This document shows, piece by piece, positions 1 through 9,300 of a DNA stretch of 64,000 nt (the stretch's first letter is position 1; each line of letters starts with the position of its first letter). This stretch comes from Bacteroidales bacterium (lineage in GTDB: Bacteria; Bacteroidota; Bacteroidia; Bacteroidales; WCHB1-69): positions 16,683 through 80,682 of the forward strand of contig JAGCFD010000035.1 of assembly GCA_017650305.1 (NCBI GenBank), given 5' to 3'. Under the pieces are notes generated by a model that made no database searches, had not been told where the DNA came from, and saw nothing but the letters and a program-made list of their open reading frames with translations. The position numbers and the translations under genes are program-made.

Positions 1-644
1 AGAGGACGATTGATTTCTATGTAGCATTCAGTGTTGTCGTCCCAATCGCTAAAGTGGGCACTTGTATGACCGTAGTTGTAATAGGGGACGTCGAATCTGA
101 TGCCGGCATCCGCCATGAAATAGAAGTTGTCGTTGAAAGGCAAATGGAATTCAAATTTAATTGGAAACAGAAGGGCGCCTTGGCTGAACCGATGGTGGTT
201 GGGATTGTGCCCCCAAAACAGGTCGGTGCTGGGGGAGTTCACTCGCAGCACATAGTGGGAGCCAAAACCCACCCCTACGGCCACACCGAAATACTTGGCG
301 AAATGGTAGGAGAATTCGAAACCTCCTGCGAACCCGCTCCCCATTTTGCTTGTGGGAGACCCGGGAGTGCCGTCGGCAGCGGTAAAAACTGCAGCTTGCG
401 TCATATTGTATTGTGCCGTGTAGCCGAAATGAAACCCTTTGAAGACATCGGGTACGAACTTTGCCGCCGGCTTGGACACGATGGGCGTGTCGGGCTGCGA
501 GGCTACGAATTGGTAGATGGTGTCGTGTAGATAGACGGTGTCATAGACAATTCGCTCCTCGTGGATGTAGATGGTGTCGCGCGCCTGCCCGTGCAAACCG
601 GTACACAAAAGCAGGGCGAATAGTAAAAATGTGGTCTTATGCAT
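1..644 (-). CDS. Outer-membrane beta-barrel protein (PorT/OMP-like), runs off left edge; not in ORF track
   Basis: Manual translation from ATG at 644: MHKTTFLLFALLLCTGLHGQARDTIYIHEERIVYDTVYLHDTIYQF...FKGFHFGYTAQY...GFAGGFEFSYHFAKYFGVAVGVGF...LLFPIKFEFHLPFNDNFYFMADAGIRF. Signal peptide plus amphipathic aromatic beta-strands; no stop before position 1. Confidence 0.75.
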   Translation of the reverse strand, partial: MHKTTFLLFALLLCTGLHGQARDTIYIHEERIVYDTVYLHDTIYQFVASQPDTPIVSKPAAKFVPDVFKGFHFGYTAQYNMTQAAVFTAADGTPGSPTSKMGSGFAGGFEFSYHFAKYFGVAVGVGFGSHYVLRVNSPSTDLFWGHNPNHHRFSQGALLFPIKFEFHLPFNDNFYFMADAGIRFDVPYYNYGHTSAHFSDWDDNTECYIEINRP

Positions 645-659
645 AGCGTTGTTTTTTTT

Positions 660-1706
660 TCATTGTTGATGGTTTTGGGGTGTTGGGGCATATACCGTGT
701 CGTGAACCACTTTCACCACGGTTTTATATACGGTATCGTGAATGATGATGTATTCTTTCTCACGGATAGAGTCAGCGGCACTGCCTGCCGGTGCCAGGTC
801 CTCCCTTTGGGTATTTTGGGTGGTGGTAGTCGCCATGACGGGATCGCTTTGTGCAGCCTCTGTTCCAGCGGAAAGGGTGGTGTCGGTGGCTACGGCGACG
901 GGAATAGGTGCTGTCGTCGGTGCCGGCGACGGGGCGACGGGTGTGCGGGACGACAGCATAAAGTAGGATGCCGTTCCCGCAGCAGCGCACAACAGCAGGC
1001 TGACCAGCAGTTTCTTGAGGATGCCGGACAGGCGCATGGCGATAGTGGCCGAAGGTAAGGTGCCCCACGACAGGGCCGCAATGTCAAGCTCGACTGTCGG
1101 CTCCACTTCGAAGTCCCTCAAAGTGCGCCAGCAAACGTTGTCCACGGCATGTCCCCTTTTGAAAATGGTTAAAAATGGAATCATAAGCAATCTTTTTTCG
1201 TTCTTTATCTCTTTCAGATGTTGTTGCAGTTGCAATCTGGCTTGAGCAAGATGCAACTTGGAGGTGCGTACTGCAATGTGGAGCGTGTCGGCAATCTGGC
1301 GATGACTGTATCTCTCGAAGACAAAAAGGTTGAACACCGTGCGTTGAGGTGCTGGCAAGGCCGCGATGGCTCCTATGATTTCCTCTTTGGAGAAGTCGGT
1401 GCGCTCCAGGTCTTCGGCTTCCTCATTCTGTAAGGAATCCAACTCAGGGCCTGCACTGTCAATACTGACGAGGCATTTTGCTTTCCGAAGATGCTGCAAT
1501 GCCGTGTTCACCGTGATGCGCATCATCCAGCCGTCAAAATCTCCCAATCCCTTGAATGTGTGCGACTTCTCGATGGCCGACAGGAAGGCCTCGTGTGCCA
1601 AGTCTTCGGCCTCCTGCGGGTTGGGTACATACCGCCGGCACAATCCAATCATCCTGCCGATGTTCCTCCGGTATTTTTTTGTCCAAAATTCCTGTGTGTT
1701 TTTCAT
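660..1706 (-). CDS. ECF sigma-70 factor fused to anti-sigma-like segment, transmembrane helix and Pro/Thr/Ala-rich tail
   Basis: Region 2 (EAEDLAHEAFLSAIEK, WMMRITVNTALQHLRK) and region 4 (LPAPQRTVFNLFVFERYSHRQIADTLHIAVRTSKLHLAQARLQL), then TM LLVSLLLCAAAGTASYFML. Start moved to ATG 1706 (MKNTQEF), downstream of a TATCTTTG promoter motif. Confidence 0.85.
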   Translation of the reverse strand: MKNTQEFWTKKYRRNIGRMIGLCRRYVPNPQEAEDLAHEAFLSAIEKSHTFKGLGDFDGWMMRITVNTALQHLRKAKCLVSIDSAGPELDSLQNEEAEDLERTDFSKEEIIGAIAALPAPQRTVFNLFVFERYSHRQIADTLHIAVRTSKLHLAQARLQLQQHLKEIKNEKRLLMIPFLTIFKRGHAVDNVCWRTLRDFEVEPTVELDIAALSWGTLPSATIAMRLSGILKKLLVSLLLCAAAGTASYFMLSSRTPVAPSPAPTTAPIPVAVATDTTLSAGTEAAQSDPVMATTTTQNTQREDLAPAGSAADSIREKEYIIIHDTVYKTVVKVVHDTVYAPTPQNHQQ

Positions 1707-1743
1707 ACGCTCTTTATGTACGATGCGAAAATTCTGAAAGGGG

Positions 1744-1751
1744 CAAAGATA
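1744..1751 (-). promoter_or_regulatory. Bacteroidota -7 promoter element (TATCTTTG) for ECF sigma gene
   Basis: Matches TAnnTTTG consensus, about 40 nt upstream of ATG 1706. Confidence 0.6.
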
Positions 1752-1871
1752 AAGAAAATAATTTTCAGGCATAACGACAGATAAATTATCAAGCACAAAA
1801 GAATAATGCAGATTATTTTTTGGGGTATTTTTTTTGGTGATCTATTATTTCCAATCGCATAACTATTTTTG

Positions 1872-1879
1872 TATCTTTG
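1872..1879 (+). promoter_or_regulatory. Bacteroidota -7 promoter element (TATCTTTG) for hutH operon
   Basis: TAnnTTTG consensus in AT-rich divergent intergenic region. Confidence 0.6.
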
Positions 1880-1922
1880 CACCCTTATTATCTTAGGAGT
1901 ATAATATTATAAAATTACCTAT

Positions 1923-3419
1923 ATGACACGACACAAAATCTCTACCAAGTTCCTCAGTATTGAGAAGGTTGAAAGAATCATCGACCGCAAACAGAAAATA
2001 GAATTGTCGCAGGAGGCCATCGACGCCATCCAGAAATGCCGCGCCTACCTGGACAAGAAAACCGACACCGAGAAGGAGCCCATCTATGGTGTGACTACCG
2101 GCTTCGGCTCCCTGTGCAACCGCAGCATCTCCAAGGAGGACCTCTCCACCTTGCAACGCAACCTTGTGATCTCCCATGCCTGTGGAGTGGGGGAGGAGGT
2201 GCCCCAGGAGATTGTGCAGCTGATGTTGCTGATGAAGATACAGTCTCTCTCTTATGGCCACTCCGGTGTGCAGTTGGCTACTGTGCAACGTCTGATTGAC
2301 TTCTACAACAAGGGTGTCTATCCGGTGGTCTATCAGCAGGGTTCGCTGGGCGCTTCCGGTGACCTGGCCCCGCTGGCCCACCTCAGCCTGCCGATCATCG
2401 GCATGGGCGAGGTGTACTATCGTGGTAAGAAGTACCCCGCCGCTGACATTAACGAGAAGTTCGGCTGGGAGCCTATCACCCTGCAGTCCAAAGAAGGTCT
2501 GGCTCTGCTCAACGGCACTCAGTTCATGAGCTCCTATGCCGTTTGGTTGCTCATCAAGGCCAAGAAGCTCTCCTGGCTCGCCGACATCATCGGCACCGTC
2601 TCCCTGGAGGCCTTCGACGGCTGCCTGAGTCCTTTCAACATCAATGTTCATCTGGTTCGCCCTCATGCTGGACAGATCATCACCGCCACCCATATCTACA
2701 ATATGCTGCAAGGCTCCGAGATTATCAGCCGTCATAAAGAGCATGTGCAGGATCCCTACTCATTCCGCTGCATGCCGCAGGTGCATGGTGCCAGCAAGGA
2801 TGCCATCACCCATGTGCAGGATGTGGTAGAGACCGAGATTAACTCCGTGACCGACAATCCGACGGTCTTCCCCGATGAGGATCTGGTCATCTCCGCCGGC
2901 AACTTCCACGGCCAGCCCCTGGCACTGGTGCTCGACTTCCTGACTATTGCGGTGGCCGAGTTGGGCAACATCTCCGAGCGCCGTATCTATCAATTGATCT
3001 CCGGCAAGCGCGGGCTTCCCTCTTTCCTCGTGAAAAACCCGGGCCTCAACTCCGGGTTCATGATCCCGCAGTATGCTGCCGCCTCTATCGTGAATCAAAA
3101 CAAAGCCTTCACAATGCCTTGCTCTACCGACTCCATCGAGTCTTCCCAAGGCCAAGAGGACCACGTCAGTATGGGTGCCAATGCCGCCACCAAGTGCTAT
3201 CTGGTCGTCAACAACCTCGAGAAGATCCTCGGCATCGAGTTGTTCAACGCTGCCCAGGCCCTGGAGTTCCGCCGCCCGTTGAAGTCCTCCCAGTTCATTG
3301 AGGATTTTGTGGCTGCCTTCCGTCAGGTGGTGCCTTTTGTGGAGAACGACACCTATATGCACGAGCTGATTCAGAAGTCTATCGACTTCGTGAATGGCGT
3401 TAAAGTGTTGATGGATTAA
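1923..3419 (+). CDS. hutH: Histidine ammonia-lyase
   Basis: YGVTTGFG, GSLGASGDLAPLAH (MIO Ala-Ser-Gly), QDPYSFRCMPQVHG, GNFHGQP, QEDHVSMG. Confidence 0.95.
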   Translation: MTRHKISTKFLSIEKVERIIDRKQKIELSQEAIDAIQKCRAYLDKKTDTEKEPIYGVTTGFGSLCNRSISKEDLSTLQRNLVISHACGVGEEVPQEIVQLMLLMKIQSLSYGHSGVQLATVQRLIDFYNKGVYPVVYQQGSLGASGDLAPLAHLSLPIIGMGEVYYRGKKYPAADINEKFGWEPITLQSKEGLALLNGTQFMSSYAVWLLIKAKKLSWLADIIGTVSLEAFDGCLSPFNINVHLVRPHAGQIITATHIYNMLQGSEIISRHKEHVQDPYSFRCMPQVHGASKDAITHVQDVVETEINSVTDNPTVFPDEDLVISAGNFHGQPLALVLDFLTIAVAELGNISERRIYQLISGKRGLPSFLVKNPGLNSGFMIPQYAAASIVNQNKAFTMPCSTDSIESSQGQEDHVSMGANAATKCYLVVNNLEKILGIELFNAAQALEFRRPLKSSQFIEDFVAAFRQVVPFVENDTYMHELIQKSIDFVNGVKVLMD

Positions 3420-3431
3420 AGATTGTTTACG

Positions 3432-3926
3432 ATGAGAGTTAGGCTTTGGATAGTCTGTTTGCTTCTGACTGCACTTGTTGGATGCGGCCGCCGGGAGGTC
3501 TTTCCCGTCGAGCCCCGCATCGAGTTTGTCCGTATCGATAAACTCGATAACGGCACGGGAGTGGACAATCAAGCCGACTTGGTCATCTATTTTGAAGATG
3601 GTGATGGTGATATCGGCCTCGATGAAACAGACGAGGATACCATCTTCAACATCGGTTCAGAGTACTATTACAACTTCTTTATCAATTTTTACGAAAAGCA
3701 AAATGGAGTTTGGACCGAGGTGGAACTATCCATGCCGCTTCATGCACGTTTGCCCCACATGAGTGACAATGTGCCGGAAGCCATCAAAGGCGAAATCACC
3801 ATCACTACCTTTATCAACAACTATACCTCACCGTTTGATACGATCATGCTCTCCTGCCAGCTGGTGGACCGAGCCCTGCATAAGAGCAATGTAGTCACTA
3901 CACCCGAAATTATTGTAAAAAAATGA
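3432..3926 (+). CDS. Conserved Bacteroidota lipoprotein of unknown function
   Basis: Lipobox LVGC after hydrophobic stretch; FEDGDGDIG motif; overlaps nadC start. Confidence 0.7.
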   Translation: MRVRLWIVCLLLTALVGCGRREVFPVEPRIEFVRIDKLDNGTGVDNQADLVIYFEDGDGDIGLDETDEDTIFNIGSEYYYNFFINFYEKQNGVWTEVELSMPLHARLPHMSDNVPEAIKGEITITTFINNYTSPFDTIMLSCQLVDRALHKSNVVTTPEIIVKK

Positions 3927-4774
3927 AAATAGACGAACATATTAAACAGTTGATCGCCATGTCTTTGGCTGAGGATATTGGCGACGGGGACCATTCCTCG
4001 CTTTCTTGCATTCCGACTGATGTCCAGGGCGAAATGAAACTTCTGGTGAAACAGGAAGGTATCCTTTGCGGCGTGGATGTGGCCGAGGAAATCGCCCGGC
4101 AAGTGGACGACAGCATTACCATGGAGCGTTTTTTGGAAGATGGGGCAAAGATCAAAAAAGGCGATATCGCTTTTATCCTGCGTGGACCCGCCCAGAAGAT
4201 GCTGACCGCCGAGCGTACCATTCTTAACTTTATGCAGCGCATGAGTGGCATCGCCACTTCGACCCATGCATACGTGGAGATGGTGAAGGGCACTGGCGTA
4301 ACCCTCTTGGACACCCGGAAGACGACCCCGAATATGCGCTATTTTGAGAAATATGCCGTCAAGGTCGGGGGCGCGGAAAACCACCGCATCGGTCTTTTCG
4401 ACATGATTATGCTGAAAGACAATCATATAGATTTCGCTGGAAGCATCGAGAAGGCCATTGATAAGGCTAACGCATATTTGAAAGAGCACGGCAAGGACCT
4501 CCGCATAGAGGTGGAGACCCGCAGCCTGGATGATGTGCGCCGCGTCATGGCCCACGGAGGAGTGCATCGGATCATGTTCGACAATTTCACGCCAGAGATG
4601 ATAAAGGAGGGCGTTACGATTGTCAATCATATCTATGAGACGGAAGCTTCGGGTGGTATCACGGACGAGACCCTGCGCGACTATGCGGCCACCGGAGTGG
4701 ACTTCATATCCGTAGGAGCACTCACTCACCAGATCCGCAGTCTCGATCTGAGCCTGAAAACTATCATTCTATAA
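3923..4774 (+). CDS. nadC: Nicotinate-nucleotide diphosphorylase (quinolinate phosphoribosyltransferase)
   Basis: LLDTRKTTP, NHRIGLFDMIMLKDNH, EASGGI, ISVGALTH. Confidence 0.95.
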   Translation: MKIDEHIKQLIAMSLAEDIGDGDHSSLSCIPTDVQGEMKLLVKQEGILCGVDVAEEIARQVDDSITMERFLEDGAKIKKGDIAFILRGPAQKMLTAERTILNFMQRMSGIATSTHAYVEMVKGTGVTLLDTRKTTPNMRYFEKYAVKVGGAENHRIGLFDMIMLKDNHIDFAGSIEKAIDKANAYLKEHGKDLRIEVETRSLDDVRRVMAHGGVHRIMFDNFTPEMIKEGVTIVNHIYETEASGGITDETLRDYAATGVDFISVGALTHQIRSLDLSLKTIIL

Positions 4775-4833
4775 GTGATGAAAATGATAATCAGGGCTGA
4801 AAATAGTATGTATGACCATTAATCTTATCTCCT

Positions 4834-5817
4834 ATGCTGTTAGATTTGAACAAGATAAGCGATAAGATTCATGAATGGAGCGAAGACATGGAACGAGTTC
4901 CGGTACTCGGTAAGTTTGTGCATAAGTCCAAGACTCTTACCCTGCCGGGTTTCCAGAAAATTCCTCTGTACGATGTGATGCGCTTTTTCATGCAGTCGCT
5001 TGGTAAAGGTGTCGTGTTTCAACGTGCCGCGGCTATCACATACCGTATCTTTGCAGCCCTCATCCCCATGATTATCGGACTCTTCACCGTTATCGCTTAT
5101 TTGGGTGACAATATTCAACAGACACTTCTGGATTTTCTGGAATCCGCGGTGCCTACCTACGTCTGGCCTGCTATCCAGAATATGATCACGGAGGTCGTTA
5201 CGCGTCAGTATGGCGCCCTCACCTCCTTTATGTTTGTGATAGGTATCTATTTCACTATCGTCATGATTAATTCATTATTGGTTGCGATGAATACCTCCTA
5301 TTTTAATGAGAAGCGTCGTAATGTGGTGAAACAGATATTGTTAAGCGCAGTAGTTATGCTTATCTTCTTTGCTGTGATCGTGCTGGTCCTCGGTCTGTTC
5401 ATCGCAGCTTCCGTAATCATGCGCTATGTGCATACTCATATTTTTGGCACCAGCACAGGTTATTATATCGCTGTCCATGGTGTGAAATGGTTATTGACAT
5501 TCATTGCTATCTATTTTCTTATCAGCATATTATATTACCTTGCTCCCGTCGAGAAGACTAATTACCGTTTCTTCTCGGCAGGCTCATCCATGGCAACTAT
5601 CTCGATGGTCATACTTTTGTGGTTCTTGAATGTTTATTTCTCAAATTTCACCAACTATAACTTGATATATGGTTCATTGGGAGCCTTGTTCGCCGTCTTG
5701 CTTTGGATTAACTGGAACGCTATCATCCTTTTGGTGGGTTATGATCTGAATGTCAGCATTGCCAAAGCGAAAATGGCGAAAGCTGAGGAGACTATTGCCA
5801 AAGAAAATAATGTATAA
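4834..5817 (+). CDS. YihY/virulence factor BrkB family membrane protein
   Basis: RAAAITY, about 6 TM helices, YNLIYGSLGALFAVLLW motif. Confidence 0.85.
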   Translation: MLLDLNKISDKIHEWSEDMERVPVLGKFVHKSKTLTLPGFQKIPLYDVMRFFMQSLGKGVVFQRAAAITYRIFAALIPMIIGLFTVIAYLGDNIQQTLLDFLESAVPTYVWPAIQNMITEVVTRQYGALTSFMFVIGIYFTIVMINSLLVAMNTSYFNEKRRNVVKQILLSAVVMLIFFAVIVLVLGLFIAASVIMRYVHTHIFGTSTGYYIAVHGVKWLLTFIAIYFLISILYYLAPVEKTNYRFFSAGSSMATISMVILLWFLNVYFSNFTNYNLIYGSLGALFAVLLWINWNAIILLVGYDLNVSIAKAKMAKAEETIAKENNV

Positions 5818-5853
5818 TACAATAAAACTATATATACAATTTAAAATATTGTT

Positions 5854-6267
5854 ATGAAAGATATACTGATTTTTCTCATTGTTATGGCGCTGTCATTTGT
5901 GCCTTCATTACTTAAGATGATCAAAAAAGATCTTCAGAAGACCAATCATGCACCTAATCCCAAGCCTAAGCCGGACCCCTATTTCCCGGACGCCGACAAA
6001 GAGAAAAAAACTGCTCGTACGCAAGCCAGAACTTATACGCCGGTCAATCAGAATGATGATTATTTTACCTATGAAACCGCTTCCGAAGAGCGTTTCCCTT
6101 CCGACTTGACATCCTCTGAAGCAGGGTTGTTTGAAGAATCTAAAACGTCAGATTCCAAACCCGAGACGATGCAGCAAGACAAAGGTAAACCTGAGTTTTC
6201 TTTAAATGAAAATGATATATATAAAGGGGTAATATTCTCAGAAATCTTAAAACGAAAATATATTTAA
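5854..6267 (+). CDS. Hypothetical membrane-anchored protein
   Basis: N-terminal TM, disordered middle, C-terminal YKGVIFSEILKRKY motif. Confidence 0.65.
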   Translation: MKDILIFLIVMALSFVPSLLKMIKKDLQKTNHAPNPKPKPDPYFPDADKEKKTARTQARTYTPVNQNDDYFTYETASEERFPSDLTSSEAGLFEESKTSDSKPETMQQDKGKPEFSLNENDIYKGVIFSEILKRKYI

Positions 6268-6386
6268 TTGAGATTAAGGCCGTTGAAAAAAAAAGGGAAA
6301 TATGTTGAAGGCATTGATATTTTTTTTATTTTAGCGGCCCCAAATAGTATGGAAAAAAGTTTAATGTTTAATATAAATAAAAGGCT

Positions 6387-9300
6387 ATGATTAAAAAATT
6401 ACTCTTAACTCTTGGAGTGATCCTTCTTTTCTCTAGCATGGCATTTTCGCAGACGTCCACCATCAAGGGTGTTGTCAAGAACCAAAATGGCGAACCCTTG
6501 GGATACACCTACGTCTATTTGAAGACTGGTGACAAGAATGTGAATATGGCCATGTCAGATGACAAAGGAGAGTATCAGATTTTCGGTGTTGAAGTCGGTA
6601 CCTACGACATGCTGGCCGATGCTCAGATGACTTGCCAGAAAGCACAAAGAATTAGCAATGTGCAAGTCCCGTCAGGACAGGTCGTGTTTATGGACTTCGT
6701 CATTGACTGTTCCGGTGAACTCGACATCGTCGATATCACTTGGGAAGCGCCTGTGTTTGACCCAGGTAGCACTTCTTCCGCCACACGTATTACAGGTGAC
6801 AACCTGAGAACTACCCCTGGTCGTTCAGTGACCGGTGCTTTGGCAAGTTTGGAAGGTGTGACCGGTACCGATGGCTCGATGTCTTCCGTCCGTGGTAACC
6901 GTTCCACAGGTCAAAAGACCGTTGTGGACGGTGTGACCATCCGTGGTAGTAGCAGCGTTGCTATGTCCACTATCGAGGAGGCACAGTTGATCCAGGGCGG
7001 TATCCCCGCTGAGTATGGTGATGGTACCTCCTTCACTGTGATCACCACGAAGTCCGCTCCCCGTGAGTTCCACGGTAGCGTTGAGTTGCGTGGTTCTATC
7101 GATGGCTACAACAACTTCTTGGGTTCCGTTTCTCTTTCTGGTCCTATCTTGAAAGGCAAGAAGAAAGACGATCCTGCCCGTATCGGTTTCTTGTTCAGCG
7201 GTGAGGTTTCCTATGACCATGATAGTCGTCCTCTCCGTGGCGGTTACTGGGTGGCCAATGACGATGTGGTCGATTATTTGATTCAGAATCCTCTGCGTTA
7301 CAGCAACACTGAATATGGTGTTCAATACCAAGAGGGTTGCTACCTGACCAGCGAATCCTTCCACAAAGAGCGCGTTAAAAAGAATGCTGGCACATGGGAC
7401 TACCTCGGTCAGTTGAAATTCGACTTCATGATGGGTAAAACCCACAACATGAAACTCTCCTTGGGTGGATCTTATGAGTATATCAAGGGTAAATCCTGGT
7501 CTCAGACCCAGGCCCTCTTCAACAACAGCCTCAACCCCACCTCCACACAAGGTACTATGCGTGTGTCCGCTCGTTTGAATCACCGTGCGTTTACCGACAC
7601 CAGTGCTACGGCTGTGTTGAAGAACATCATGTATGACATCAATGTCAACTATACCCGTATCAACGGCCTCTCCTATGCTACGGAACATAAAGATCGCATA
7701 TTCGAGTATGGCTATGTGGGTAAATTCCAAACCAATAAAGCAAGGAGCTATAGCCTCGTGGATGAGCTCCACCTTATGGTTGACTCCGTGGAAACGATCC
7801 TCTATGATGCATTCGAGTTCAATGGCTGGTACGACTCTGTCGTCACTTTTGCTGTTAATCCCAACTATAATGTCAACCCGATTCTTTCTCAATATACCCT
7901 CAATTTCGTGAATAACTTCCCTGTTGAGGATATTTATCGTAACTTCTACGATGGATTCCCCTACGACCTGACCCTCTATCAGTCGTTTGGCGCTTTGAGA
8001 AACGGTGACCAACCCAATGGTATTTATTCCATGTACCAATCTCCCGGTGCAGTTTACAATGGATATAGCAAATCTCAAACAGAGCAGTTAGGTGTCAAAG
8101 CCAGTATCTCCATGGCTCTTAAGAACCATGAGTTGAAGTTCGGTTTCGACTTTGAAAAGATTACTTCCCGTGGTTATGGTATCGGACCTATCTCTCTCTG
8201 GACTTTGATGAGAAACGAGGCTAACTACCATATCTCCGAGTTGGATAAGAGCAATCCTCTTATTTGGGACAATGGTGAGAATTTTTATGTTGACTACAAC
8301 CGTTTGATCAGTTTGAGCGACCAGACCTTCTTTGACAGAAACCTCCGTCAAAGTCTTGGCCTGAACCCTGATGGCGATGACTGGTTGGACATTGACAGCT
8401 ATGATCCCAGCGTATTCAGTGTTGACATGTTCTCTGCCGAAGAGCTCTTGCTTGGTACCTCTTCCGGTGAAAGCCCACTGGTAAGCTATTATGGTTATGA
8501 CCATACAGGTAAAATCAACCATAAGAAAACTACCATCGACGACTTCTTCAACGGCATTGATGAAAAGACTGGTCAAAAGACCTACTCTATCGGTGCTTAC
8601 GAACCTGTTTACATGGCTTTCTATCTGCAGGACAAATTCTCCATCAGAAGCTTGCTTTTCAATATCGGTTTGCGTGTTGACCGTTTCGACGCCAACCAAT
8701 CCGTGTTGAAAGATCCTTACCTCTTCCGTGAGGCTTATACGGTTGGAGATCTCCACAACCTGAATCCTAACATCAATTTTGTTGGTAATGCTCAAGACGA
8801 TTGGGTTGTTTACTATCAAGGCAATGATACTTATATGAGCGAGGCTGATATTCAAGGCGACGTGTTCAATTCCTCTTCTATCATTGGTTATCGTAACGGT
8901 GATACCTGGTACGATGCTACCGGTGCCGAGGTTACCGACCCTGAGACTTCTCTCTCTCTCTATGTGAACGGTCCTATTCTCAAGAACGAGATCGACCAGA
9001 TCAACTCCATCACGAAGGTGGAAGCATCTGCATTCAAGGATTACAAGGCTCAGTGGTCTGTTATGCCTCGTATCTCCTTCTCCTTCAATGTAAATGACAA
9101 CTCCTTGTTCTACGCTCACTACAACATTATTACCAACCGTCCTTACAACTTGCAGATTTCTCCTGTTGATTATCTCTTCATTTCCAAGAGAAATTCCGCT
9201 GGTGATATTATCACCAACCCGAACCTGAAACCTGAGCAGAGTATTGACTATGAAATCGGTTTCCGTCAGAAACTGGGTAACAAGTCTGCTATCAGTATTG

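Noticed and set aside
54-530. 158-aa plus-strand ORF at left edge
   Set aside because: Antisense to the minus-strand beta-barrel ORF that the track missed because it runs off the window
1923-3419. hutH without hutU/I/G as a secondary-metabolite aromatic ammonia-lyase
   Set aside because: Looks like a canonical HutH, no biosynthetic neighbours, and the other hut genes may lie elsewhere
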